A DNA stretch of 40,531 nucleotides from a bacterium (GCA_041946805.1 JBHGBC010000041.1:1-40531); one strand, 5' to 3'. Positions 1 through 11,544 are shown, counted from the stretch's first letter. Numbers and translations are program-made. Notes: generated by a model not told the origin, from the sequence alone.

Positions 1-72
1 TGAGCCCTTATTTATTGCTACAATACTCCCCATCGGCAATCCGGTTTGACCGGGCAAGGAGCTATGCTTTTC

Positions 73-2118
73 ATGAAACTGACATGGGAATCGAGGATTT
101 TCTACACGGGCGTGTTGCTGTTCCTCTGGCTCGGCGCAGGCTGCTCTTCACGGCTGGAAAAGCCCAATGTGATTCTCCTCACCCTGGACACCTTGCGGGC
201 TGATGCCCTGGGATGCTATGGCAACGGGACCGTCCAAACCCCCAACATCGACCGCCTCGCGCGCGAAGGGGCTTTGTTCGAAGACGCCATCTGTCAGATC
301 CCCGCGACATTGACTTCGCACACCGCCATCCTTACCGGGCGCAACCCGAAAACCACGGGCGTGCGGTTCCGGACGGCGCTGGTCTCCGCCGAGGAAGAAA
401 CCTTGGCAGAGCGGTTCCATGACCATGGATACGCCACGGCGGCCTTCATCAGTAGTTCCGTCCTGGCTCCCGCCTTCGGTCTCAACCAGGGATTCGACTG
501 TTACGACATGGGAAGCATGCTGGAGAACACCAAGACGGTTAAAAACGAGCGGCGGGCGGAAGAGACGATCACGGCCGCCCTCGAATATTTGAACACCTTG
601 GATAAAAAGCCGTTTTTCCTTTGGATTCATCTTTACGATCCCCACACCCCCTACGACGCCCCGCCCCCCTACGGTGCGATGTACGATCCGGATTACGCCG
701 GGCCGCTGCGGGGATCGGTCGAGGAGATCACGTTTCTCAACGCCAATCATGGCGGGAACCTGTCCGGACGGGACCTCAAGCATCTCCAGGCCCTCTATCA
801 CGGTGAAGTGACCTACCTGGACCACCAGATCGGGCGGCTGCTGGAAGCGCTGGAAAAACAAGACTTGCTCGACCGCACCGTGCTCGTGGCCCTGGCTGAC
901 CATGGCGAGGCGCTGGGTGAAAAGGGGCGTTTTTTTCATGGCGATGATCTGTACCAGCCGGCGGTCCGGATTCCCTTCCTGATCCGCTATCCCCGGACGA
1001 TCGCCGCAGGCCGGCGGGTAATGGAAATGGTGCAGTCCATCGATCTGTTCCCTACCCTGACTGAACTCTGCGAAATCCCCCGGATCGCGGGAATCGAGGG
1101 CAAATCCCTGCTTCCCCTCATTTCAACCATTGAGAAAAATCCGGGGAAATATGAAAAACACCCAGGATTTCTGGAGACCGACGCGGATACCGTGGCGGAT
1201 TCCAACAAGTTGTACGGATTGCGGACTGAGGAATACAAATACATCTACCACAGCGCGCGCCGGCGGCCGGAAACGCCGCTGGGCATGTTCACCGAAATCC
1301 CCCTAAAAGGCCCCGCCATCGTGCTGGCGCGGGTGAAAGGCGACCCATCCGTCCGCCTGATGGCCCATATCCGCTACCGGACCCGGGAACTCTACACCAG
1401 CCGCGACCTGCAGGCGCTGGCCCGGCTCAACACCACCGCCGTGTATGCCGAGACGTTCGGGACCGATCCCCTCCACAACCAGGCCTTGAAGCAGCCGTCG
1501 TTTTTACCCACGCCGGAGGGCTGGCGGCTGCAGGCCACGCCCGATTTATACCATACCGCGCGGATGTACGGCCTGGCCCGCGGATGGCCCACCGAATGGA
1601 TGGTGCTGGAAGGCGTGGGCGTGGACGCCTCCCTGCCCGGATTGCAAAAAAGCGGAATCTTCGAAGTGGACCAGTTCGAGTTCTACTCCCCGGCTTTGCG
1701 TTATCCCCCCTCCACCCGCTTCCGCAACCCGTTTTGGGTGATCGAGGATTTCGAGGCCCCCTCCACCCCCGGTTTGGTGGACGCGGGCGAAGGGCCGGCG
1801 CATCGGATCCAGACCCAATGGCTCAGCAAGAAGGTCTTCAACGGACAACGACAACCGCAAATCACGCTCACGTTTCAAGATGATCCGGATCCCAACCGCT
1901 TGGATGAATGGTTCCAGGTGAAGGACGATCCCCGGGAGGAGCATAACCGGCTGACGGAAACGCGGGATCCTTCCCAAAACCAAGTCCTGCCCGATACCGC
2001 GGAGCGGTATCGGGCGATTCTGGACGGATGGATTGCCAAGCCCTCCGGACTGCTCGAAATCCAGGAACTGTCCCCCGCCCAGCGACAGGCGTTGGAGGCG
2101 CTGGGGTATACCAAATAA
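73..2118 (+). CDS. Sulfatase-like (alkaline phosphatase superfamily) hydrolase, probable lipoprotein, with a ~215-aa inserted domain
   Basis: PNVILLTLDTLRAD, TPNIDRLAREG, P-x-T-x-T-SH-x-A-ILTG active-site region, WIHLYDPHTPY, ADHGE, and C-terminal DDPREEHN..LEALGY. Hydrophobic N-terminus ends in LGAG-C. Start taken at ATG 73 (AAGGAG at 56-61); ATG 64 is an alternative. Confidence 0.85.
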   Translation: MKLTWESRIFYTGVLLFLWLGAGCSSRLEKPNVILLTLDTLRADALGCYGNGTVQTPNIDRLAREGALFEDAICQIPATLTSHTAILTGRNPKTTGVRFRTALVSAEEETLAERFHDHGYATAAFISSSVLAPAFGLNQGFDCYDMGSMLENTKTVKNERRAEETITAALEYLNTLDKKPFFLWIHLYDPHTPYDAPPPYGAMYDPDYAGPLRGSVEEITFLNANHGGNLSGRDLKHLQALYHGEVTYLDHQIGRLLEALEKQDLLDRTVLVALADHGEALGEKGRFFHGDDLYQPAVRIPFLIRYPRTIAAGRRVMEMVQSIDLFPTLTELCEIPRIAGIEGKSLLPLISTIEKNPGKYEKHPGFLETDADTVADSNKLYGLRTEEYKYIYHSARRRPETPLGMFTEIPLKGPAIVLARVKGDPSVRLMAHIRYRTRELYTSRDLQALARLNTTAVYAETFGTDPLHNQALKQPSFLPTPEGWRLQATPDLYHTARMYGLARGWPTEWMVLEGVGVDASLPGLQKSGIFEVDQFEFYSPALRYPPSTRFRNPFWVIEDFEAPSTPGLVDAGEGPAHRIQTQWLSKKVFNGQRQPQITLTFQDDPDPNRLDEWFQVKDDPREEHNRLTETRDPSQNQVLPDTAERYRAILDGWIAKPSGLLEIQELSPAQRQALEALGYTK

Positions 2119-2181
2119 ATACGTCCGCCTCTCCCGGAAGGGAAAGGCGGACGCGGAATCTGTCAGGTTATCTAGATTCAA

Positions 2182-3732
2182 TCAATACAGCATAAAGCCG
2201 CTCACGGCCGTGCCGCCGCCCAGGTTGGCCCCCACGCCCGCGGGAGCGCCGCTGGCCACCAGGTAGGGAGGTCCCGCGAAGGGATCGGCGGGTCTGATGG
2301 TCGTGTTGGAGAAGGTCACCGCGGCCTGCGCGCCTTCCAACTTCACGTTGGGCAGTTTGGCATTGTCCTCCACCACAACGGCGTTCCCGTCGAAGACATT
2401 GTTGGTTCCATTGACCACCAGGACATCGACCAGATCGGCCGCCGTGAAGTAGCTTTGCTGGGCGTCCGAAGCCGTGAGTACCGCCACATTGCTGTTTTCA
2501 AAGATGTTGTTGTTAATCGCGCCTTTGCGGGGACGGGCCGAACTGTCGGCGAAGCGGATGGCGATGGGATTGTTCACAAAGGTGCAATTCTCGATGGTCA
2601 CATCGGGATCGGTTCCGTCATTCTGGATGCGGACCGCCGCGGCGCGGGAATCGAATCCCACCGTGCCGCCCATGCCGGGCGCGTCGCCCGACATGTTATC
2701 GATAAAGAGAGAATTCCGGATGGTCAACGCCGGGGTGAATCCACTGCGGCCCACCGTCTCCACCGCGCCCAGATCGTTGTCGATGTCGCCGGCGATGTTC
2801 ATGTTGTCATGGAAAATGCAGTTTTCCACTACAAACGTTCCCTTGCCGGAAGCCCGCAGGCCGTGGTTGTTCTGGGCGATGTAGCAGTTCTGGACAGTCA
2901 CGTTGTTCGCCTGGGCGTTGCCGCGGATGATCATGGCCGTGTCGCTGTTGAGGAACTGGCTGTCGATGAATTTAACATTGACGGGAACATCGTCCACATT
3001 GACGCCCGCCGCGTCCGCATCGCCCTGGGAATAGCCGTGGAAGTAAATGGTGTCCACAAAGGCGTTGCGTTCGCCGTTGAAGGCGGCGTCGAAGGTGCAA
3101 TTCTCGAAGGTATAGGAATTGTCGAATCCCTGTCCCGCCAAATCGATGGCGTTGTTGAAGTTGATCAACGCCTCGCCCGGCTGCGTGTCGCCGTCATGGG
3201 CGAACAGCACATTCCGGAACACCATGTTGCCCGCCTGGCCGTTGATCCCATATTGTTCATCGAGGATTACCGACGATTGAAGGATCTGGATATTTTCGAT
3301 CGTGATATTCTTTCCCAAATACGAAAGCGTGGCCACGAAATTGTCGGTGGGATCGTTCGTGAACACTCCGTGCGGCAGGCCCTCCACGTTCACCGGATTG
3401 ATCTTGGGGCGGTTGTTGGGATCTCTCCCCCGCAAGGTGAAGGGATCGCTGCGCTTGGCCAGGTCGATGGCCGCGTTGAGATACCCCTCGCCTTGTCCCG
3501 TGCCTTCCGGATCGGCGATCAGTTGGCCGATCACCACCTGCTCGTCATAGGTCTCGCCATCGACGATCTCCACGACATCCGGCTGGCCGTCGGTGACATC
3601 GGCTTCCGTGAAGGAATCGATCGCCGCCTGGATGCTGGTGAAGTCCGCGCCGGATTTGCCCACCGTCTTGGTGGTGGCGCCGGCGTTCAACACCATCGCG
3701 AATGCTAGTAGCGTGAAATAAAATTTCTTCAT
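2182..3732 (-). CDS. Secreted right-handed parallel beta-helix protein (pectin-lyase-like fold)
   Basis: Sec signal MKKFYFTLLAFAMVLNAGA, GADFTSIQAAID start motif, repeated (V/I)ENCxFxxN strands, C-terminal tail GGGTAVSGFMLY. Confidence 0.75.
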   Translation of the reverse strand: MKKFYFTLLAFAMVLNAGATTKTVGKSGADFTSIQAAIDSFTEADVTDGQPDVVEIVDGETYDEQVVIGQLIADPEGTGQGEGYLNAAIDLAKRSDPFTLRGRDPNNRPKINPVNVEGLPHGVFTNDPTDNFVATLSYLGKNITIENIQILQSSVILDEQYGINGQAGNMVFRNVLFAHDGDTQPGEALINFNNAIDLAGQGFDNSYTFENCTFDAAFNGERNAFVDTIYFHGYSQGDADAAGVNVDDVPVNVKFIDSQFLNSDTAMIIRGNAQANNVTVQNCYIAQNNHGLRASGKGTFVVENCIFHDNMNIAGDIDNDLGAVETVGRSGFTPALTIRNSLFIDNMSGDAPGMGGTVGFDSRAAAVRIQNDGTDPDVTIENCTFVNNPIAIRFADSSARPRKGAINNNIFENSNVAVLTASDAQQSYFTAADLVDVLVVNGTNNVFDGNAVVVEDNAKLPNVKLEGAQAAVTFSNTTIRPADPFAGPPYLVASGAPAGVGANLGGGTAVSGFMLY

Positions 3733-4079
3733 CTTTTCGCAACCTTTCTGGTTTTAGTAGATTTCGGCCTCAACTGTCCATGGCCATGGAACGAGCGCCG
3801 CCAACTCCCTTGGCAATCCGGTCTCACCTCCTTTCCCGCTTTCTCGCGGCGGTTGGTATACAAAGTGATACGATGAGCCTCTCCATGTGATTTCCCACCC
3901 GGCGGGTGTCCGTACAAAGAGATGATTTGGTAGGATATATATATATCGTTTTCCGGCTCTTTGGTCAGAAGAAAATGGCGAGTGTCAAGACGCGGTGATG
4001 GATACGAGCCGAACAATCATGCCATTAAAGGCATGAGAAAACCAATTTATCGCAACCTCGCGAGTGAAATCAAGTTACC

Positions 4080-5498
<1,419 letters not shown>

Positions 5499-5634
5499 TT
5501 TTTTTTGCCGCGGCCCGCGGTTCGCTGTGGATTGTGGTTCTAGCGTGCGGACAATCCGTATTATAAGCCGTTCATCCGGAACTGGATACGTCCACGCGCC
5601 CGTGGGAGTAACGCCGGGAGGGGAGTGGGGTGGA

Positions 5635-6255
5635 TCACTTCGCCGGGGCGGCCGGCTGCGCCGGTTCGATGCCGGCCATTTTGAGCAGAGGATCGATCAT
5701 CCAGGCGAAATAATTTTTGTAAATCGCCGACTGGCTGACCACATCCCAATACATCGCCAGGCCGCCCACCACGGCCAGCAGCACCACCAGGGTGACAGCG
5801 TTCTTGAAAAGGGGGCTTTGAAAGAAATCTTTGGCTTTTTCCGCGCCGGATTGCGTGGGGATGTCTTTTTTGCGGCCCCGGAGGATGCGGTCCCGGTCGC
5901 ATTCCAGCGATCCCAAGGTTTCACTCAGGAGAATGTTGGCTTCATGCCACTCGATCAGGGTCTTGTTGATTTCCAGGGGGCTGAGATTTTTGAAGCCCTC
6001 CAGCGAAATGGTCCGTTTCACGGTCGTGAGGATGGACTGTCCGATGTGGAAGTCCTTCTTGATCACTTTCATGAAGTGAGCATGACGTTCCGCCACGATT
6101 TGCTTGATCTGTTGAAATTCGGGATCGAGTTTGTCGATCTCCGCGTCCGGATTAAAAAAAGTGGTGGTGAGAATTTTATAGAATTTGTTCCAGATCTTCA
6201 TCAGCATCTGGATTTCATCCATCTGTTCTTCGATTTCCTTGACGGTGGCGGCCAC
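5635..6255 (-). CDS. Hypothetical helical protein with one C-terminal transmembrane segment
   Basis: GTG start 7 nt after AGGAGG; codon usage like neighbours; hydrophobic AVTLVVLLAVVGGLAMYW. Confidence 0.7.
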   Translation of the reverse strand: MAATVKEIEEQMDEIQMLMKIWNKFYKILTTTFFNPDAEIDKLDPEFQQIKQIVAERHAHFMKVIKKDFHIGQSILTTVKRTISLEGFKNLSPLEINKTLIEWHEANILLSETLGSLECDRDRILRGRKKDIPTQSGAEKAKDFFQSPLFKNAVTLVVLLAVVGGLAMYWDVVSQSAIYKNYFAWMIDPLLKMAGIEPAQPAAPAK

Positions 6256-6461
6256 AGGTGTTCCTCCTGACACTCCCAGACGCTCCCGGCCGCGCCGGCG
6301 TTGACACCCGGCCAGGCAAGGAGGGATTTCGGATCGTTAACGCTATTACATTAATATCATCGTTCCCATAATATGTGAAGCAGCCTGGTGATCAACTCGA
6401 TCCGAGTCCATTGTCATTTCGTAAAAAAACCGGACCGTGGCATGTCCGGCCCTTTCGCCCG

Positions 6462-7502
6462 CTACCGGCACGCAAAGGTCCGGGGGTTGCCGGTTTCACC
6501 CAAGGTCACGTCGAAGGATTTCGTGTCCGGAGCCACGGCGGCCTTGATGTATTGACCGGACTGCCGCGGATCCGGATTGGCGATGCATTCCGGCACGGTA
6601 TTCCGTTCTTTCGGGATGCGGGTGTTCCAGTGCAGCTGATAGAGCGCCTGCAAATTGGGCAGATCCTTCAGCCGTTGAATGGCCATGGGGCTGCCGCCCT
6701 TGGCGGGGCCGTTGCACATCACCGCGGCCACGGGATCCAGGCTGCGCAAGAAAACCGGATTGTTGCTGATATCCATGCCATGGTGGTTCACCATGTACAA
6801 ATCCACCGGGCCGAGCGTGTTGACGGGGCACACCAGCCGGGTTTCGATGTTCCAGGTGATGTCCCCTCCGCTGAAAAATTGAAAATCCCCATACGACAAG
6901 AGCAGGGCGACGCTGCGGGCGTTGTCCTCAAAATCTTGCGGCCGCGGCTCGGCGCTCTCGCAGGCCGGATTCTCCTCCGCACTCTGGAGTTGAATCACCT
7001 TCCGGTTCGCGGCCACGCACAAGAGGGACAGGGGCGGGCCGGCGGGATCCTGCTGGAGATCCAGAAAATCGCCGGCGTGCAGGACCTTCGATTGCCCTCC
7101 CGTGGCTTGCCGGTATTCCCCGATCATCCGCTTGAAAAAAACGGCGTCTTCCTGCAGGGTATCCGGAATCCCCCGGTCGTAATACACGCCGGCCGGCGCC
7201 CGGCGGCTGAGCGGCAACACGTTGCCGTAATGGTCCCGGTGCCAATGGGTGGTGACCAGGTAATCCAGCCGGGAACAGCCCGCCCGGTTCACCAGCGCGT
7301 CATATATCCGGTTCACGTCCCGGTCCTGTTCCCCCGGCCAGCCGGTGTCGATGAGGACCGACTCGCCCTGGGGGGTGACGATCAGCACCGCCGCCCCTCC
7401 CAGCACGTCGAGGAAATAAATCTCCAGCGCCCGTCCCCAACCAGACGACAGGCCGCTCAACATCAAACCCGCGGTCAACAACCACGAAAATAGGGATTTC
7501 AT
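6462..7502 (-). CDS. Secreted MBL-fold metallo-hydrolase (ComEC/Rec2-like beta-lactamase domain)
   Basis: Signal peptide; IYFLDV.GG.A.LI, LIDTG, THWHRDHYG (HxHxDH), GGD, NHHG. Confidence 0.9.
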   Translation of the reverse strand: MKSLFSWLLTAGLMLSGLSSGWGRALEIYFLDVLGGAAVLIVTPQGESVLIDTGWPGEQDRDVNRIYDALVNRAGCSRLDYLVTTHWHRDHYGNVLPLSRRAPAGVYYDRGIPDTLQEDAVFFKRMIGEYRQATGGQSKVLHAGDFLDLQQDPAGPPLSLLCVAANRKVIQLQSAEENPACESAEPRPQDFEDNARSVALLLSYGDFQFFSGGDITWNIETRLVCPVNTLGPVDLYMVNHHGMDISNNPVFLRSLDPVAAVMCNGPAKGGSPMAIQRLKDLPNLQALYQLHWNTRIPKERNTVPECIANPDPRQSGQYIKAAVAPDTKSFDVTLGETGNPRTFACR

Positions 7503-7522
7503 GAAAAATTCCTCCCCTTTCC

Positions 7523-7560
7523 AAATTCCCTCACCCTAGCCCTCTCCCAGGGGAAGCGGG
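7523..7560 (+). repeat. REP-like palindromic repeat, copy 1
   Basis: AAATTCCCTCACCCTAGCCCTCTCCCAGGGGAAGCGGG matches the reverse complement of 10043-10080 at 34/38 positions. Confidence 0.8.
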
Positions 7561-7734
7561 CATTGGGGATGGTCACACGCAGCCATGGAATTTGGGATTC
7601 CATCGCTTTCCTTGAAAATCCGTCCCTATCCCCTTGAAATACGAAACGAAAGGCCAGGTTCCCCCGTCCGGGGGAATGCGGAATACTATACCATGAGGCG
7701 CCTGGATTTCAGAATCCATGCGGAAACAAGGGGC

Positions 7735-8907
7735 ATGAACCGGATTGAGAGTATGGAACAAAGCGAAAATCCCGCCGTGGTGTTACTGGTCCGGGTGGAT
7801 GGCAATTTCGGCGGCGTGGAACGCTATATCCTCAACCTGGCCGGGAACCTGGACCGGCGGTTGTATCGGCCGGTGATCGCGCCGCTGGCCAATCATGGGG
7901 AACTCGAACGGCAGGCGATGGAGATGGGATTGCCCGTGGAATTCATCCCCATGCGCAGCCGGTTGGATCTCTTTCCGGCGGTGCGGCGGTTGGCGGCGGC
8001 GGCCCAAACATGGAACGCGGACCTGATCCACACGTTCGGCATCCGTTCCAACACCCTGGCGGGACTGATGCGGCGGCGCGTTCCTCTTCCCTGGGTAGTC
8101 CGGCTTCCCAACATCAATTCCACCGATTACGCCAATCCGGTCCGGGGCCGGTTTTCCCACGCGTTCAACAATTTTTGGATCCGCCGGGCGGACGCGCTGC
8201 AGGTGATCTCTCCCCAGTTGGAATCCTACATGCGGGGATTGAAACGTCCCCCCCGGCGGGTGTATCTGATTCCCAATGGCGTGGATCCCCGGGTGTATGA
8301 TCCCGCCATGTTCGGCCGGCCGGCCCGCGCGGAATGGGGAATCCCGGATGACGCCTTGGTCATCGGCAGCACCGGGCGGATGGACCCCATCAAGGGTTTC
8401 GACCATCTGTTGCGCGCGTTCCACACCATCCAGGGGCGGCATCCCACCGCCTGGCTGTTGCTGGCGGGCGCGGGTCCCGATGAGGCCCGGCTTCGGCAGA
8501 TCACCCGCGAGCTGGGCATCGGTCACCGGACCGTTTTCACGGGCTACGTGGACGACGTGCGCCCTTGTCTGGCGGCCATGGATCTGTTTGTCTGTTCGTC
8601 GATCTCCGAGGGCGTGCCCATGGCCCTATTGGAGGCCATGGCCATGGAGAAAACCATCGTCACTACCCGCGTGGGAGGCATCGAAAGCGTGTTGGACGAT
8701 GGGACCGAAGGGCGCTTCGCCGCGGGATCCGGTGGGGAATGCCTGGCGGCCGCGATCGAGGAGATGATCACCGATCCCGAACGGTCCCGCCGCCTGGGCC
8801 AGGCGGCCCGCCGGCGCGTGCTGCGGGAGTTGACAACCGGCCGGATGGTGGAAAAGGTGCAAACCATGTATCACGAGATACGAAAGGAAGCGGCACGGTA
8901 TGGCTGA
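7735..8907 (+). CDS. Glycosyltransferase family 4 (GT-B)
   Basis: FGGVERY, IPNGVD, GRMDPIKG, SEGVPMALLEAMA (E-x7-E). Start moved to ATG 7735 after AAGGGG. Confidence 0.9.
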   Translation: MNRIESMEQSENPAVVLLVRVDGNFGGVERYILNLAGNLDRRLYRPVIAPLANHGELERQAMEMGLPVEFIPMRSRLDLFPAVRRLAAAAQTWNADLIHTFGIRSNTLAGLMRRRVPLPWVVRLPNINSTDYANPVRGRFSHAFNNFWIRRADALQVISPQLESYMRGLKRPPRRVYLIPNGVDPRVYDPAMFGRPARAEWGIPDDALVIGSTGRMDPIKGFDHLLRAFHTIQGRHPTAWLLLAGAGPDEARLRQITRELGIGHRTVFTGYVDDVRPCLAAMDLFVCSSISEGVPMALLEAMAMEKTIVTTRVGGIESVLDDGTEGRFAAGSGGECLAAAIEEMITDPERSRRLGQAARRRVLRELTTGRMVEKVQTMYHEIRKEAARYG

Positions 8908-9952
8908 TCCAGGCGGCGCGAATGCAACTTCTCCCGGTTTATCGCTCATCATTCCCGTTTACAATGGGGAAAAGACGCTGCCGGACACGCTGCGCAGCGT
9001 CTTTTCCCTCGACCCGGCGGCGGACGAGGTGATCGTGGTGGACGACGCCTCCACCGACCGGACCGCGGCCCTCGCCGGACAGGCGGGCGCGCGGGTGCTG
9101 CGCCTGGAAAAAAACCAAGGCCCCGCCCATGCCCGGAATCACGGCGCCCGGGAAGCCCGGTTCGACATCCTGGTCTTCACCGACAGTGACGTCCTGGTTC
9201 CCAAGCAACTCCGCCATGAACTCCAGGCCTTGTTCCAGGAGACGGGCACCGACGCCGTACAGGGGACCTTCTCCGAGGTATGCCCCCATGCCAACTATTT
9301 CTCCCAATACAAGAATCTCTACAACCGCTATGTGCTCAATGAATTGCCCGATTGGATCGACACGACGTTCACCTCACTCACGGCGGTGCGGCGTTCATCT
9401 TTCCTGGCCTGCGGCGGATTCGATGAGAACATCCGCGGGGCCTCGGTGGAGGACCGCACCCTGGGGCGGAACCTGCGCCGTCAAGGCTTCCGCATCCGCC
9501 TGGACCGCACGATCGAAGTGATCCACAACAAAAAATTGACCCCGTGGGGATTCATCCAAAACCAGTTCCGGCGCTCGCGGGATCTGGCCAAGCTGCTGCT
9601 GCGCAACCGTTCGGAACCGCCCGCCGCCCCGGAAAAAACCGTGGCCCCGGTGGATGCGTCCGGACGCTTCGGCACCAACGCCTTCTCCACCATGGTCCGC
9701 ATTCCCATGGCCTATGGGGCGCTGGGTCTGCTGGTCCTGGCGGGCGTGGATTGGATCTTCGCCGTCTTCGCCGGCTGGTTTTTCCTGGTGTTTCTTTATC
9801 TCATCATTCCTTTCGAGATGTACCTGGTCAAAAAACGGGGGATCCAATTCGCCCTCCAGGGGATTCCCGTGAATTTCGTGGACGCCCTGGTCAGCGGTTT
9901 GGGTGTGGCGTCGGGCCTGGTTGAATTTTGGTTCCTGGGACGAAAATACTGA
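8900..9952 (+). CDS. Glycosyltransferase family 2 with C-terminal membrane helices
   Basis: SLIIPVYN, VVDDASTD, GPAHARNHG, FTDSD (DxD), GGFDE, ED; overlaps the GT4 stop. Confidence 0.9.
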   Translation: MADPGGANATSPGLSLIIPVYNGEKTLPDTLRSVFSLDPAADEVIVVDDASTDRTAALAGQAGARVLRLEKNQGPAHARNHGAREARFDILVFTDSDVLVPKQLRHELQALFQETGTDAVQGTFSEVCPHANYFSQYKNLYNRYVLNELPDWIDTTFTSLTAVRRSSFLACGGFDENIRGASVEDRTLGRNLRRQGFRIRLDRTIEVIHNKKLTPWGFIQNQFRRSRDLAKLLLRNRSEPPAAPEKTVAPVDASGRFGTNAFSTMVRIPMAYGALGLLVLAGVDWIFAVFAGWFFLVFLYLIIPFEMYLVKKRGIQFALQGIPVNFVDALVSGLGVASGLVEFWFLGRKY

Positions 9953-10042
9953 CCAACGGACTCACCCGGCCAGCGCGAATTTTTCCCCCGGGAGGCGCGA
10001 CCGGTATCCAACCGAGCGGCTCGGGGAGATCCCTATCGCCTT

Positions 10043-10080
10043 CCCTCTCCCTCTGGGAGAGGGCCAGGGTGAGGGAATTT
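10043..10080 (-). repeat. REP-like palindromic repeat, copy 2
   Basis: CCCTCTCCC-TCT-GGGAGAGGG hairpin followed by CCAGGGTGAGGGAATTT; near-identical to 40061-40098. Confidence 0.85.
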
Positions 10081-10357
10081 CCAAGAGAAGATCTATCTGT
10101 CCGATTTGAAAATACATGGTGGAAGAATCAAGGAAACATCGCTCCTCATTCGCCGGATGAACCTGAAATATTCCTTCTGGAAATTCGTATTCAATGCGGA
10201 AACCGGGAAAATCCAATCCCAACGAAAGCGTACAACTTTACGGCCGTGGGAATGATGGCTTGCTTTTTTCCGTCCGTTGTTGGATGATAAGAAAAATGTG
10301 TGTAATATGGATGCAATGTCAGCCTAATCCTATCGTTCCCATGGGATAAAGTCAAAC

Positions 10358-11281
10358 ATGACATTTCAGAAAGGGAAATCCATGGACACAGTCAATCCAT
10401 CGCCCAATCAGACGCCGCCCACGACATCCAACCCCAATTCCGCGACTCCGTCTCCCAAGCCGCCCGAACGGGTCATCATCCGCATGTGGCCCAAAACGCC
10501 GGTGCTGTATCCCATGGCCATCCTGGCCTTGATCTGCAGCCTGGTGGGCACCATCGGCGGTAGCGCACCCAAGGTGAAAGAACTCAAAGACCTGTACAAA
10601 GCCGGCGTTCAAATCCAAGCGGAGACGCCGGAACCAGCGGCTGGCGAATCCACGCCGCCGGCCGGGATCCCGGGAGAAATCACCCAATCGCAACTGAAGA
10701 CGATCGTCGATTCCCTGGTTTCCCGCTTGTTCATCGACTATGTCCTGGGAGTCCTCTTCCTGGTCGTCTTCGCCTTTTCGTTGTTCACGGTCTGCGTGGA
10801 CCTGGAGATCCGATGGGCCCTCATCACCTTTTCCATCACGCTGGCCGTGATTTTCCTGTTGACCCTGATCAACGAGCGGCTGGAATTCTTGCCCGCGATC
10901 TTGACGCGCCTGGCCTCCCTGACACCCATGGCCAATCCTCATTTCTATTTCGCCATCTTCGTGATCTGGGTGATCCTGATGGCGATTTCCCTGGCCGTGG
11001 TCCGGTTCCATTATGTCCGCATCGAATCCAACGAAGTGGTGGTGGTCGGCGGCCTGCTGGAACGCACCCAGCGCTTCCCCACCCTGCAGATGCAATACAT
11101 CAAGGACATCCAGGATGTGATCGAATATTACCTGCCCCTCGTCAATTCCGGGTGCTTGATCCTGACCTTCCGGGACCAGAAAGAATCCGTGGTGATTGAC
11201 AATGTGCTGAACATCGACCGGGTGATCAACCAGATCGATCAGATCGTCAGCGTTCTTCAAGTCCAAAACGATGGAAGGTGA
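10358..11281 (+). CDS. Hypothetical membrane protein (about 4 TM) with a possible bacterial PH-like C-terminal domain
   Basis: Four hydrophobic segments, then a soluble beta-rich tail (RIESNEVVVVGGLL...). Alternative start at ATG 10382. Confidence 0.7.
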   Translation: MTFQKGKSMDTVNPSPNQTPPTTSNPNSATPSPKPPERVIIRMWPKTPVLYPMAILALICSLVGTIGGSAPKVKELKDLYKAGVQIQAETPEPAAGESTPPAGIPGEITQSQLKTIVDSLVSRLFIDYVLGVLFLVVFAFSLFTVCVDLEIRWALITFSITLAVIFLLTLINERLEFLPAILTRLASLTPMANPHFYFAIFVIWVILMAISLAVVRFHYVRIESNEVVVVGGLLERTQRFPTLQMQYIKDIQDVIEYYLPLVNSGCLILTFRDQKESVVIDNVLNIDRVINQIDQIVSVLQVQNDGR

Positions 11282-11352
11282 TTCGCCGGGGGAATCCCGG
11301 CAGCCCGGAAGGATCCTTTCCGAGAGGAAAGCCATCCGGGAACGACGGCCGG

Positions 11353-11381
11353 TTTTACCGCCGAAGACAAAGCGGTATAAT
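11353..11381 (+). promoter_or_regulatory. Putative sigma70 promoter of the tRNA
   Basis: TTTTAC-N17-TATAAT ending 20 nt upstream of the tRNA. Confidence 0.55.
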
Positions 11382-11401
11382 CGAGCCGCAAATCTCTTAA
11401 A

Positions 11402-11475
11402 GCGCCCATAGCTCAAGCGGACAGAGCAACTGCCTTCTAAGCAGTAGGCTGCAGGTTCGAGTCCTGCTGGGCGCG
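11402..11475 (+). tRNA. tRNA-Arg (anticodon TCT), CCA not encoded
   Basis: Acceptor stem GCGCCCA/TGGGCGC, D arm GCTC..GAGC, anticodon arm ACTGC-CTTCTAA-GCAGT, T arm GCAGG-TTCGAGT-CCTGC. Confidence 0.97.
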
Positions 11476-11526
11476 AGTTGATTTGATTGAAGTTACGTTA
11501 AGCCTACCGATACCCTAAAAAACCTG

Positions 11527-11544
11527 AGCTACCCAATAAGCTAC
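11527..11544 (+). promoter_or_regulatory. Putative integrase arm-binding pair (AGCTAC x2)
   Basis: AGCTAC at 11527 and 11539; the same paired motif occurs at 16435/16447 and 16656/16667. Confidence 0.6.

Noticed and set aside
2455..3708. Long antisense ORFs (also 6375-7493, 10352-11416, 19161-20342)
   Set aside because: Shadows of well-supported genes on the opposite strand in GC-rich DNA; no motifs.
3733..4079. Sigma54 promoter for the beta-helix gene next to the NtrC-like regulator
   Set aside because: No convincing TGGCAC-N5-TTGC found by eye on the appropriate strand.
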